Shown here piece by piece: positions 28,192 through 38,658 of a DNA stretch of 55,485 bases. The notes beneath the pieces were generated by a model that saw nothing but the letters and a program-made list of their open reading frames with translations, was not told the origin of the DNA and ran no database searches. The position numbers were made by a program, and so were the translations under genes. Origin of the DNA: Candidatus Zixiibacteriota bacterium (GTDB taxonomy: Bacteria > Zixibacteria > MSB-5A5 > GN15 > JAAZOE01); contig JBDREQ010000007.1 of assembly GCA_043819555.1 (NCBI GenBank), positions 1 through 55,485 of the forward strand, given 5' to 3'. Numbering within the stretch: the first letter of the stretch is position 1; every line of letters starts with the position of its first letter.

Positions 28192-29300
28192 CGATAAACC
28201 TCTGTTTTCAATACTCTCAATACTTCATTATATACGTCAGCAACTTCGATATCAAAGATATTGTAATCATTATTCGACACTACCGCCCCTCCGTCCTGAT
28301 TATATGGCTTCCATAATTTGAAGTTCTTATCGAAGCGCGTATACAGACCGACGACCGGAACCCTGAAAGCCCGTGCGATATGCACCAATGATGTATCAGG
28401 GGTGATTAGAAGCTCAAGTCTGCTGATGATGGCTGACACCTCGAGTAAATTAAGTCCCATGGGAAAAGTACAAACTCTCGAAGCAAATTTGCTCGCCAGA
28501 GCTTCAGCCCGGTTTCTTTCGGAAGGATCACTTGATATTACTACTCGATATCCCATCAGATTATCAATGATTCTGTTAATCAGTTCGACATTTTTCTCTT
28601 CGGGCCAAACTCGTGTTGGCCTCCCGGCAGATATATTCAGCCCGATTATTCTATCGCCCGTGCCATTTTGTACCGATTGCAAAAACCGCTCGGCGGAATC
28701 GAAATATTTTTTATCAATTGTCGGGGGAACATGCAATTCCAAATTCTCAGTTTTAATTCCAAAAGCGGTCAGAAGTTTGATTGTGTTTTCAATGACATGC
28801 GCTTCATCGCCGGTACGGTATTCGTAATTGGAATCATAATATTCGCGATGCTTCGATTTGCCCACTCCGATGCGCCACGCCCCGGGAGAACTATACTGAG
28901 ATAGAAACAATGCCGTCACTGAATCATCACAAATCATATCAACCACGGCGTCAACTTTCAGATTTCGTACTTCACCCAGCATTTTCATATCATCAATGAT
29001 ATGTTTCGTATACAAATAGTTTTTTTCAATTCGTTCATCGTTTTTCACAATCGCGATATTTCTCGGTGAGCATATGGTATATATTTTTAAATGAGAATAG
29101 AGTCTCTTGAGATTATAAAACACCGGCAGAGAAATTACCATATCCCCCAATTTTTCGGGCCGCAGGAAAAGAACGCTTCTGATTTCCAACGGATTTATCC
29201 GGGCAAAATCCTTTCGACCTTTTTTAAAATAAAGGCGGGATAGTGAAAAAAACACCCGCTTAAATCCATGCTCAAGCCTTTTGATAATCGATATTTTCAT
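28188..29300 (-). CDS. Glycosyltransferase family 9 (heptosyltransferase-like)
   Basis: KLGDMV and ITPDTSLVHIARA. Confidence 0.88.
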   Translation of the reverse strand: MKISIIKRLEHGFKRVFFSLSRLYFKKGRKDFARINPLEIRSVLFLRPEKLGDMVISLPVFYNLKRLYSHLKIYTICSPRNIAIVKNDERIEKNYLYTKHIIDDMKMLGEVRNLKVDAVVDMICDDSVTALFLSQYSSPGAWRIGVGKSKHREYYDSNYEYRTGDEAHVIENTIKLLTAFGIKTENLELHVPPTIDKKYFDSAERFLQSVQNGTGDRIIGLNISAGRPTRVWPEEKNVELINRIIDNLMGYRVVISSDPSERNRAEALASKFASRVCTFPMGLNLLEVSAIISRLELLITPDTSLVHIARAFRVPVVGLYTRFDKNFKLWKPYNQDGGAVVSNNDYNIFDIEVADVYNEVLRVLKTEVYR

Positions 29301-30409
29301 TGAACCGGTTTTAATAAATGCGCCTCTACTTTATCAACCATGATTTCCAAATTGAATTTCTCAGTGAATCTTTCATATCCGAAACGGCCATATTTTTCAC
29401 GCAATGTTTTGTCATTATAAAAAAGTTCAATCGCCGCTGTCAAATCTGTCGCGTCGGCCGGATTAACCAAAATCGCGTTTTCATTTTCAGATACAACTTC
29501 CGGTATTCCCCCCACTCGTGTCGCCACAATCGGCAATCCGGCCGCCATTGCCTCAACCAATACAATTCCAAACGGCTCGGCTATGGCCGGATGAACATAT
29601 AAATCAGAACCAAATACCGCTCGCTGATGTTTCTCCAACAGACCCGCAAAAATAAATCGTTCGCCAAAACCAATAGCCTCAATTCGCTTCCGGTGTTCGT
29701 TTTCCAATGGTCCATCGCCCAGCCATAGAAAATAAATATTCCCGCATCTTCTCAAAAGCTGTTCTGCCGCGTCAAGCAAGTACTTATGGCCCTTCTGCTC
29801 AACAAATCTCCCCGATGTCAGGCACACAAAAGCATCGTCAGGAATTCGGTATTTACTGTGCAGGAATTTCCGACCCTCGTTGCGATTAGATTTCCATAAT
29901 TCTCGATCAATTCCAATCGGAAGGACATCGAATTTATTTTTTTCAATAAATCCCGATTCAGTTATTTCATCCCGCAAATAAGCTGAAGGAACAATGACGG
30001 AATCTATATATTTCAAAAACATATTTCTATGCGACCATGTCTTTTTTGCCAGATTTACGCCGGGACTCCAGACAATTTTATACTTACCGCCAAATTTCCG
30101 CGCCAATCCCGCCATCCGCGCATCTTTGACTAAATTACAAACAACAACATCAATCGAATATGATTTACTTATTTGCGATATCTTTTTTATTACAAACGGA
30201 TTGAAATCCCCCCCAATTTTCATTGGAAATATACTTAATTTATCATGCGATGAAATTCTTTTCAAAAACTTCGACTTGGCGCGACCGGCGAAATATACCT
30301 GATGTCCTTTTTGCGCCAGCCCCAGGCCGCACATCTCCATCCAGTTTTCCAGTCCCCCCCAGATCGATTTATCGATCGAATTGAGAAAAAAAATATTAAG
30401 ACGCGCCAT
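29297..30409 (-). CDS. Glycosyltransferase family 4
   Basis: WGGLE, GRFVEQKG and EPFGIVLVEAMA. The start is ATG 30409 or 30415. Confidence 0.88.
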   Translation of the reverse strand: MARLNIFFLNSIDKSIWGGLENWMEMCGLGLAQKGHQVYFAGRAKSKFLKRISSHDKLSIFPMKIGGDFNPFVIKKISQISKSYSIDVVVCNLVKDARMAGLARKFGGKYKIVWSPGVNLAKKTWSHRNMFLKYIDSVIVPSAYLRDEITESGFIEKNKFDVLPIGIDRELWKSNRNEGRKFLHSKYRIPDDAFVCLTSGRFVEQKGHKYLLDAAEQLLRRCGNIYFLWLGDGPLENEHRKRIEAIGFGERFIFAGLLEKHQRAVFGSDLYVHPAIAEPFGIVLVEAMAAGLPIVATRVGGIPEVVSENENAILVNPADATDLTAAIELFYNDKTLREKYGRFGYERFTEKFNLEIMVDKVEAHLLKPVQ

Positions 30410-32309
30410 TGCCATTTTGAAACTGCAATTGATACAACCTGGCATACAAACCGCCCTCTTTCAAAAGCGTCTGATGATTCCCTTGCTGCACAATGCGCCC
30501 CTTATCCATGACAAGTATATTATCCGCCGACGTAATCGTTGATAGGCGGTGCGCGATAACCAGCGTCGTCCGGCCCTGCATCAACCGATTAATGGCCTCC
30601 TGCACCTGAACCTCCGATTCCGTATCCAGCGACGACGTTGCCTCATCAAATATCAAAATATCCGGATTACGAAGAAGAGCTCGGGCGATGGCCAATCGTT
30701 GCCGTTGTCCTCCTGACAGCATGACGCCCCGATTGCCAATCTGCGTTTCAAATTTATCCGGTAGCCGCAAGATGAAATCATAAGCATTGGCCATCTTTGC
30801 CGCTGCGACAAGGTCATCTTCACAGGCATCGGATAAACCATAAGCGATATTATTCCGGACTGTATCATTAAATAGAAAAGTTTCCTGCGTTACAATTCCC
30901 ATCAGCGATCTCAGGCTGCGAACTGAAACATGTTTTATATTCACGCCATCAATCTCAATACTGCCCTGTTGCGGATCATAAAATCTCGGCAATAAATCAA
31001 ATAACGTTGATTTACCGGCGCCGCTCGGTCCGACTACCGCGAAAATCTTACCCTTTTTGACCTCGAAGGAAATCTCATCCAGCACCCGATCACCCGTATC
31101 GTATGAGAAAACAATGTCTTTATATTTAATTGAATCTGAAAAGCGCTTCAGCTCGATCGAATTATCGGCATCCTTAACCAGCGGCCGCGTATCCAGAACT
31201 TCAAATATCCGTTCCGCTGCGGCCATCCCTTCCTGAACTTTAATATGAATATTCGAAAGCGATTTGACCGGCTTAATCATCGAAAACATGGCAAAGATGA
31301 ACAGTATAAAATCCGCCCCCGCCAATGTCGATTCGGCGGCCAGAATTTTCGTCCCGGCATACCACAAAATAAATAGCCCGGCCGCTGTCGCCATGATATC
31401 GTTTATCGGCGTCGCCAGCATCCGCACTCGGACCATCTTGAGAAGCGCCTTAAAAAACCGATGAGTGGCGATCTTGAATTTATTGGTCTCAAATTTATCC
31501 ATGGCGTAGGCTTTGACTATTCGAATATTGGAAACATTTTCTTCAAGGACCGAAGTCACATCGGCCATTCTCTCCTGCGACCGTACCGAATATTTTCTCA
31601 GCTTGCGCCCCACGTAATAGATAAAATAAAATATAACCGGCAATACAATTGACGCCAAAAGCGTCAGCTTCCAGCTAAGAATAATCAGAAACGACGCAAA
31701 AATCACAACTGCCAGAGAATCCGCCACCAGATGATTGAACCCGATGTCAATCGTTTCATTCAAAACGACAACATCATTGGTCACCCGTGACATCAACTGC
31801 CCTGTTCGCGTTCGATGAAAATAAGCCATTGATAATTGTTGATACTGCTCAAAAAGGCGATTGCGAATATTGCGGATAAACGACTGCTGCACAAACGCCA
31901 TGAAAAATCCCTGGATGTATAAAAATATGTTTTTGGATACAGCAATCAGCAATGTCACCCAGCAGATTCGAACCAGCGTATCAGTCTTGTCCGGCCTGAC
32001 GATAACGCTATCAATTTGGGCCTTTATCCAAATCTTGATCTCTTCGGGCGTTTCCAGAATCTTATCAATAAAACCTTTTGCGGTTTCAGGATTTTCAACC
32101 GACTCGATTATTGCCGGCGGCGTCGTTAAACCGGATAGTCCTGTCAGATCGCCTCCGTCGGCTGAAAACAGAGTTCCCAAAAGCGGCCCAATCATCCAGA
32201 TCAATGCCCCGGATAAAACCGCAAACATCATCGCCGATAATGATGAAACTATCAGCCGAAACCAGTACGGCCGGATAAGCCGAAAAGTTTTCAGATACAA
32301 ATTAGCCAT
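30396..32309 (-). CDS. msbA: MsbA-like ABC exporter (fused TMD and NBD)
   Basis: GPSGAGKST, LSGGQRQR and DEATS; clustered with LPS glycosyltransferases. Confidence 0.82.
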   Translation of the reverse strand: MANLYLKTFRLIRPYWFRLIVSSLSAMMFAVLSGALIWMIGPLLGTLFSADGGDLTGLSGLTTPPAIIESVENPETAKGFIDKILETPEEIKIWIKAQIDSVIVRPDKTDTLVRICWVTLLIAVSKNIFLYIQGFFMAFVQQSFIRNIRNRLFEQYQQLSMAYFHRTRTGQLMSRVTNDVVVLNETIDIGFNHLVADSLAVVIFASFLIILSWKLTLLASIVLPVIFYFIYYVGRKLRKYSVRSQERMADVTSVLEENVSNIRIVKAYAMDKFETNKFKIATHRFFKALLKMVRVRMLATPINDIMATAAGLFILWYAGTKILAAESTLAGADFILFIFAMFSMIKPVKSLSNIHIKVQEGMAAAERIFEVLDTRPLVKDADNSIELKRFSDSIKYKDIVFSYDTGDRVLDEISFEVKKGKIFAVVGPSGAGKSTLFDLLPRFYDPQQGSIEIDGVNIKHVSVRSLRSLMGIVTQETFLFNDTVRNNIAYGLSDACEDDLVAAAKMANAYDFILRLPDKFETQIGNRGVMLSGGQRQRLAIARALLRNPDILIFDEATSSLDTESEVQVQEAINRLMQGRTTLVIAHRLSTITSADNILVMDKGRIVQQGNHQTLLKEGGLYARLYQLQFQNGNGAS

Positions 32310-32440
32310 AAGCTTGAAACATAATATATCGATTATTCCCCGTCAACCGAGTGACTGCCGAAAAACCGCTGAATGAGTCTCCCCACATCCTGGCCCCGCA
32401 AACATAAAATTTGGTTATGCAGGTTTAAAAAGCATTAGTT

Positions 32441-32483
32441 GCGGCGGGTCTTGATTTCGCGAGGCGAAATTGTGACCTGTCGC
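32441..32483 (+). repeat. REP-like compound hairpin
   Basis: GCGGCGGGTC/GACCTGTCGC outer stem and ATTTCGC/GCGAAAT inner stem. Confidence 0.5.
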
Positions 32484-33244
32484 TAAAGTGATTCGACCCT
32501 CCGCGCCGAAGCCGGAATATCGACTTCAAATTTCCGATTTTTTATCTGAATATTATATTGCTGCTCCCGCACAAATCCCCGCGCGCGAAAGTTGTAATTG
32601 GCGTTATAATAGAGAATATCATTCGTTTTATAAAATGGATATTTCGTCGAATGCAAGCCATAATTGACGACAATAGAATCGCCGCAAATTGCATCAATCA
32701 ATTTTTCCTTTTTCGGCAAGCTCTTTTTATTTAAGAAAACTGTTCTGCTAAATCGGCCGTCCTGATACTCAAACCTCCGCGGGCTTTCATAAAATATAGC
32801 CAGTTCTTCAATTTCGTATATATCTGTCCTGCCGGATAATAGAGATAAAACATAAAGTAATACTTCACCCGGCCGAGAGCATTCCGCGCCCGAATTAAAA
32901 TCTGCCAAAGACCCGGAAAAATACTCGTTTTCGGAACTGAAAAATATTGTCACCATGTCGTTAATCACGTTCCCTTTGAATGCTCCCCGGCCCACATATC
33001 CCCTGCCGTAAAATCCAACCGAATCACCGGAAAAGTATGCTTCGGTTGTTACTGAAAATTTCTTGCCATCATCGTTTATCCGCAAATCAATCAAATAAGC
33101 CGCCGATTGAAATTGCCCGGAACGCTGTTCGATATTATTTGAATAGCCCTGAATAATCTTATCCGCATTTACTCGCCCAGCCTTATAAGGGGCACAGGAG
33201 ATGGCCATTAGGCACAATATGGCTATAATTAGTATTTGTTTCAT
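32483..33244 (-). CDS. Hypothetical lipoprotein
   Basis: Signal peptide with lipobox AISC; overlaps the upstream stop codon. Confidence 0.7.
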   Translation of the reverse strand: MKQILIIAILCLMAISCAPYKAGRVNADKIIQGYSNNIEQRSGQFQSAAYLIDLRINDDGKKFSVTTEAYFSGDSVGFYGRGYVGRGAFKGNVINDMVTIFFSSENEYFSGSLADFNSGAECSRPGEVLLYVLSLLSGRTDIYEIEELAIFYESPRRFEYQDGRFSRTVFLNKKSLPKKEKLIDAICGDSIVVNYGLHSTKYPFYKTNDILYYNANYNFRARGFVREQQYNIQIKNRKFEVDIPASARRVESL

Positions 33245-33879
33245 GCCAATTGAATGCCGGAAAACAAAAACACGAATAATTTTATAAATGGTCCAAGAAG
33301 TAGCCAGATTAAAGACACGGGAAGAACAAAACTGCTGAAAATCAATATCATTAAAATTATGGGAGAATATCGCTGGATGCTGTCAAAAAATGGTCCATAT
33401 CGCTCTGGGACTATATTTCGTAAAATATGAGAACCATCAAGAGGAAAAATCGGAATTAAGTTAAATATCGCCAGGGATACGTTTATGGATATCATAAAAA
33501 ACAAAAATAAATAAAAAGCCTCAAAATCGGGAAACATATTTAATACCGACAAAATCCGCCATAATGTTCCAAAAACCAAAGCCAGCCCCATATTCGAAAG
33601 CGGCCCCGCCGCCGAAATCCAGAAATCATCGCGGCGCAGATTTTTTAAATTATATGGATTGACCGGAACCGGCTTAGCCCACCCAAATCTGAAATTAGAT
33701 AAAACCAGCATCAGAGTGCCCATTAAATCCAGATGGGCGAGTGGATTTAGCGTCAGGCGTCCCATATTTTTGGCGGTTGGATCGCCTAATTTATTTGCCG
33801 CCCAGGCGTGAAAGAATTCATGCACCGTCAGAGAAAATATTATCGCCGGAGCCGCAAGTATTAATCTTTCTACTGTCAT
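33241..33879 (-). CDS. Site-2 protease (peptidase M50)
   Basis: HEFFH, AGPLSN and FNLIPIFPLDG. Confidence 0.92.
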   Translation of the reverse strand: MTVERLILAAPAIIFSLTVHEFFHAWAANKLGDPTAKNMGRLTLNPLAHLDLMGTLMLVLSNFRFGWAKPVPVNPYNLKNLRRDDFWISAAGPLSNMGLALVFGTLWRILSVLNMFPDFEAFYLFLFFMISINVSLAIFNLIPIFPLDGSHILRNIVPERYGPFFDSIQRYSPIILMILIFSSFVLPVSLIWLLLGPFIKLFVFLFSGIQLA

Positions 33880-33943
33880 AAAAAACCTCGAAGCAAAAAC
33901 TTATGCTTTTATACGTTGCTTCAAGGATAAAGTCAAAGAATAT

Positions 33944-35215
33944 TTAAGCATAAACGCCCCGGAGGAGCAAAACTTCGGTCACTCGCCTCACTGCCAAAAT
34001 ATAAGAAGCCAGCCGGAGCGAACATTTAAATTCTTTAGAAACTTCCAGAACATCATTAAATGCCCTTACCATATGCTCTTCCAGACGGTTATTGACGTCT
34101 TCCTCGCTCCAGAAGTAACCTAAACGATCCTGCACCCATTCAAAATACGATACCGTCACGCCTCCGGCATTACAGAGAATATCAGGAATGACAGTCACGC
34201 CCTTCTTGAATAATATTTTGGCGGCATCAGGCGTCGTCGGGCCGTTGGCTCCTTCGCCAATAATTCTTGCCTTTATCCTGCGGGCATTATTCTTGGTGAT
34301 CACGTTTTCCAGCGCGGCGGGAACCAGAATATCACAATCGTATTCAAGAATCATATCTTTATCAAATGCCGCCGCCCCGTCAAAGCCAACGATGCTGCCT
34401 TTATTTTGTTTTGTGTGTTTTATTAAGGCGTCGATATCGATTCCGTTATGATTTTCCAATCCGCCATTGACGTCGCTTACGGCCACAATCTTTAGGCCCA
34501 TTCGATTCAGGGATTTTGCCGCGATTGAACCGACGTTGCCAAATCCCTGAATCGCGGCCGTACAATCTTTCAGTTTCATCCCCAGAGCTTTGGCGGCTTC
34601 ACGGATGGTAATCCCAACGCCATTTCCAGTGGCATCATGGCGTCCCCGCGAACCTCCCAAAACTACCGGCTTGCCGGTCACAACTGAGGAATTATAATTA
34701 CCCGAATGCATACAGTAAGTATCCATAATCCAGGCCATGGTTTGTTCATTGGTGTTTACGTCAGGAGCGGGAATATCTCTTTCGGGACCGAATACATCAA
34801 TCAAATCAGCTGTGTATCTCCGCGTCAATCGTTCCAGTTCATGGGGTGATAACTTTTGGGGATCGCAGGTTACTCCCCCTTTAGCGCCTCCAAACGGTAT
34901 CCCCATAACAGCGGATTTCCACGTCATCCAGGCCGCCAGAGATTTAACTTCATCAAGATTAACATTGGGATGATATCGTATTCCCCCTTTACCCGGCCCC
35001 CGGACCACCGAATGCTGCACCCGGTAACCGATAAAAATTTGAAATGAACCATCATCCATTTGGATTGGCAAATTTACAATTGTTACCTTGCGGGGCTCTT
35101 CAATGATTTTGAGCAGATTCGGATCCAGATCAATAGCTTTAGCCGCTTCGGCCAGATATTGCAAAACATACTCATAGGTTGACACCTGAATTGTTTTTGA
35201 TTTTGGCTCAGACAT
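33944..35215 (-). CDS. gdhA: Glutamate dehydrogenase (Glu/Leu/Phe/Val family)
   Basis: GPGKGGIRY, GGAKGG, IPAPDV, QGFGNVG and EGANGP. Confidence 0.92.
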   Translation of the reverse strand: MSEPKSKTIQVSTYEYVLQYLAEAAKAIDLDPNLLKIIEEPRKVTIVNLPIQMDDGSFQIFIGYRVQHSVVRGPGKGGIRYHPNVNLDEVKSLAAWMTWKSAVMGIPFGGAKGGVTCDPQKLSPHELERLTRRYTADLIDVFGPERDIPAPDVNTNEQTMAWIMDTYCMHSGNYNSSVVTGKPVVLGGSRGRHDATGNGVGITIREAAKALGMKLKDCTAAIQGFGNVGSIAAKSLNRMGLKIVAVSDVNGGLENHNGIDIDALIKHTKQNKGSIVGFDGAAAFDKDMILEYDCDILVPAALENVITKNNARRIKARIIGEGANGPTTPDAAKILFKKGVTVIPDILCNAGGVTVSYFEWVQDRLGYFWSEEDVNNRLEEHMVRAFNDVLEVSKEFKCSLRLASYILAVRRVTEVLLLRGVYA

Positions 35216-35260
35216 AGTTACTCCCTGATTTATTAAATATCATTTAGCGCCATATGACGC

Positions 35261-35845
35261 TTATCTTCTCGACACATAATCGGAATCGCCGTCAAAAAAC
35301 CGCCACAGCTTTCCCCGGCCGTTTTTGATACCGATGCGACGAGATGATTTTATATTGATTACGCTTTGATTGCGGTCAATGATGTATAATTTTTCACCGG
35401 TCAAATCAAATCCGTTTTGATCCCGCGCCAATCCAAAAGCGCGGCAGAACTTACCCGGTCCATCAGTATATTTCAGGCACTTCTCCGGCGATTTATCTTT
35501 CATTATTTCAATTCCAGCAACCGGTTCAACTCCTCTGATTAAAACCGCCGCCGGACATTCTTTCTCCTCAGTGACAACATTGAAACAATGATACATTCCA
35601 TAGATAAAATATATATACGCATATCCGCCCGATCCAAACATTACCGCGTTACGCTCAGTCTTGCCCGCCGCAGCATGACAGGCGGGGTCGTCTTTGCCGA
35701 TATACGCCTCGACCTCAACAATATCCGCGGCGATAATTCCATCTGCATGATGATAAACAATTGTTTTCCGAAGCAGTTCCCGAGCCACCGTCAAAGTCGG
35801 CCGATTATAAAATAACCTCGATAATTTCCTCCCGGATAGATTCAT
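35261..35845 (-). CDS. DNA-3-methyladenine glycosylase (MPG/AAG family)
   Basis: IVEVEAY, YIYFIYGMY, AVLIRG and GPGK. Confidence 0.92.
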   Translation of the reverse strand: MNLSGRKLSRLFYNRPTLTVARELLRKTIVYHHADGIIAADIVEVEAYIGKDDPACHAAAGKTERNAVMFGSGGYAYIYFIYGMYHCFNVVTEEKECPAAVLIRGVEPVAGIEIMKDKSPEKCLKYTDGPGKFCRAFGLARDQNGFDLTGEKLYIIDRNQSVINIKSSRRIGIKNGRGKLWRFFDGDSDYVSRR

Positions 35846-35857
35846 AATAGACTGTAA

Positions 35858-36697
35858 TTATTCATCGGTATAAGGAAACAGCTCATACGCTACCGTTGAT
35901 GCGACTTCAAAATCAAGAGCCAGTTGCGAAGGCTTATGAGCGTCCGAACCAACCGACTTCAGACATACTCCTTTTTCACGCGCCAGATTAACTATTTCCA
36001 TGGTGGGATAATATTCGCTCAGACCGTGCCGGATGGCTGAAGTATTAATCTCATATCCGACTTCATTAGCCTTCATAATATCAAAAAGTTTTTCGATCCG
36101 GCCCCGATGAATTGTATTAATTTCCTCCCCATAATACTCTAACCCATATTTTCTATACACATCAATATGCGCAATACAATCAAACAACCCGCTTCCCGCG
36201 CAGTTATATAATTTCTCAAAATAATTATCCGCGATTTTATCAAGAGGCATTTTTTCAAACAATTTCTTAGCCGAATCTTTACAGCAGATGCACAATCCAT
36301 TTATCGTATGCACCGCGCCGATTTTATAATCCAGCGGAAACTTCTTGATGACTCTCGAAAGTTCCTTTTCGCATCCGTCAAACCACCCAAATTCCAAACC
36401 GGAACGAACCATCATCCCCAGCATCCCATATTCTTCATGCACCCGCGCGACATCTTTCACATAATGCCCAATAGCGTCATCAGATAGTCTCTCCTTCTTA
36501 CCATCAATAACAATCAACGAATCATCAGGATGCTTCGGGTCGGCGTCATAATGCGTCGTAAAACACAATTCCAAAACATAACCGTTCAAAGCCGCCTGAC
36601 AATATTCATCGAGACTCCCCTCGGCATCGATTGAATAATCGGGATGAACATGAAAATCAGCCGCCAGTTCAATCATTGGTGCGTTCATATCATTCAT
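35858..36697 (-). CDS. PHP-family histidinol phosphatase-like protein
   Basis: DFHVH, FTTH, AHID, EINTS and GSDAH. Confidence 0.85.
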   Translation of the reverse strand: MNDMNAPMIELAADFHVHPDYSIDAEGSLDEYCQAALNGYVLELCFTTHYDADPKHPDDSLIVIDGKKERLSDDAIGHYVKDVARVHEEYGMLGMMVRSGLEFGWFDGCEKELSRVIKKFPLDYKIGAVHTINGLCICCKDSAKKLFEKMPLDKIADNYFEKLYNCAGSGLFDCIAHIDVYRKYGLEYYGEEINTIHRGRIEKLFDIMKANEVGYEINTSAIRHGLSEYYPTMEIVNLAREKGVCLKSVGSDAHKPSQLALDFEVASTVAYELFPYTDE

Positions 36698-37325
36698 ATC
36701 CGCCTCCCGTCAAAAATGGATTACATTTGCGTTCAAACCCAATTGATGTTGCCGGGCCATGCCCGGGATAGCAAACAGTTTCATCGGGAAGAATCAAGAG
36801 TTTGGTTTTAATCGAATTAATTAGTTGTTCATGACTGCAGCCCGGAAAATCCGTCCGCCCGATTGAACCGAAAAATAATGTATCACCGCAAAAAAGTATC
36901 TTCTCAGAATAGTAACATACCCCCCCCGGAGAATGCCCCGGCGTTTGAATGACCGTGAAGGCATGAAAACCAAAATTTACTTTATCATCATCAATCAACA
37001 ATCTCTCCGGTTGAGGACACACCACCGGCATCCCCACCGCCGATGACATGTTTTTTTCAGCCGACGCCAAAAGCTCCTCCTCGCCTTTTCCGGCATACAG
37101 AGGAATCTTGAATTTATTAACGACCTCGTTAACTCCTCCGACATGGTCTCCGTGCCCATGAGTTAAAATCACAGCCGTTGGCTTCACGCCGAATTTATCA
37201 GTCTCATCAATTATCCTATCCGCCTCGTCGCCCGGATCGATTATTACACCTTCTTTTGATTTTTCATCATAAACGAGATAGCAATTGGTCTGGAACATAC
37301 TCACCACAATCGTCTCAATCTTCAT
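36690..37325 (-). CDS. MBL-fold metallo-hydrolase (glyoxalase II-like)
   Basis: THGHGDH, TPGHSPG, GDTLF and PGHG; the ATG 37325 start is preferred. Confidence 0.9.
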   Translation of the reverse strand: MKIETIVVSMFQTNCYLVYDEKSKEGVIIDPGDEADRIIDETDKFGVKPTAVILTHGHGDHVGGVNEVVNKFKIPLYAGKGEEELLASAEKNMSSAVGMPVVCPQPERLLIDDDKVNFGFHAFTVIQTPGHSPGGVCYYSEKILFCGDTLFFGSIGRTDFPGCSHEQLINSIKTKLLILPDETVCYPGHGPATSIGFERKCNPFLTGGGYE

Positions 37326-37485
37326 AAGAATCCTTTCAAATTGAATTCCCATAAACTATGGCAGGATTATTATAAGGCAACCTATTTTTTAACCATTATG
37401 CGCGGTTCAAAAAGAAAATCCTCAAAATCTCAATTTTTCCCATAAAAATCTTCAAAAATATTGAAGCCAAAAGTCATTATAACTG

Positions 37486-37514
37486 TTGACGTGACGCAAC
37501 AAATTTTGTAAAAT
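37486..37514 (+). promoter_or_regulatory. Sigma70 promoter of the prfB operon
   Basis: TTGACG-N17-TAAAAT. Confidence 0.6.
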
Positions 37515-37541
37515 ATACGTCCTTTTGTTGAGGATAAGAAT

Positions 37542-38643
37542 ATGGATAATGAAGTACGAGAAATTGTAAGTGGTTTGAAGTCAAGAATTTCCAAAATCGG
37601 GAGGTTTCTTTGACTTAGACCGGCGTCGTGAAAAAATTAACAAACTCGAAAAAACAAGCGCCATTCCCGACTTCTGGAATAATCAGGAAAACGCTCAGGC
37701 GGTCATGCGTGAACTCGCCAATCATAAAAAATGGGTCAATGAATTCGAAAAACTTGAATCCGAATTTAAAGACCTCGCCGAATTAGGCGAATTGACCGGC
37801 GATAACGCCGAGGATCTGGCTGATGTCAAAAAAGGTTTGGATGAGTTTATCACAACCATCGATGATTTTGAATTATCTACCTACCTATCAGGTGACGATG
37901 ACGTCCGCAATGCGATTCTAACAATTCATCCGGGAGCCGGTGGGACTGAGTCACAAGATTGGGCCGAAATGCTTTTTCGCATGTACAACCGCTGGGCGGA
38001 ATCTCAAGGCCACACGGTCAGCCTGATAGATTATCAACCGGGAGAAGAAGCCGGGCTCAAATCAGCTACGATTTCAATTAAAGGCGAATATGTATACGGT
38101 TACCTCAAATCAGAATCAGGCGTTCACCGCCTGGTCCGCATTTCCCCGTTTGACGCTAACAGCCGCCGCCATACATCATTTGTCTCTGTCCACGTCAGTC
38201 CCGAAATCGATGACAATATCGAAATTGATATCAATGAGGATGATCTCAGGATCGACACCTATCGAGCATCCGGAGCCGGAGGTCAGCACGTTAATAAAAC
38301 TTCTTCCGCCGTGCGAATTACCCATGCCCCGTCCGGAATCGTCGTCCAGTGCCAATCGGAGCGCAGTCAACACAAAAATCGCGCTTCGGCCATGAATGTT
38401 CTAAAATCTCGATTATATCAAATGGCTCTCGAAGAGCAGCAAAAAGAACAGGAAAAATACACCAAAGACAAAAAGAAAATCGAATGGGGTAGTCAGATAC
38501 GCAGTTATGTCTTTCACCCCTATAATATGGTCAAAGATCACCGCACCGACGCGGAAACCTCAAATATCCAAAAGGTCATGGATGGCAATCTGCAATTGTT
38601 TATCAACGCCTACCTGACTTCGGGATTAGGAAAAGTAAATTAA
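37542..38643 (+). CDS. prfB: Peptide chain release factor 2 with programmed +1 frameshift
   Basis: A 23-codon ORF0 ends GGGAGGTTT CTT TGA C (TGA 37611-37613). The +1 frame continues to the SPF and GGQ motifs. Confidence 0.96.
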
Positions 38644-38658
38644 AACGGAATAAATGTC

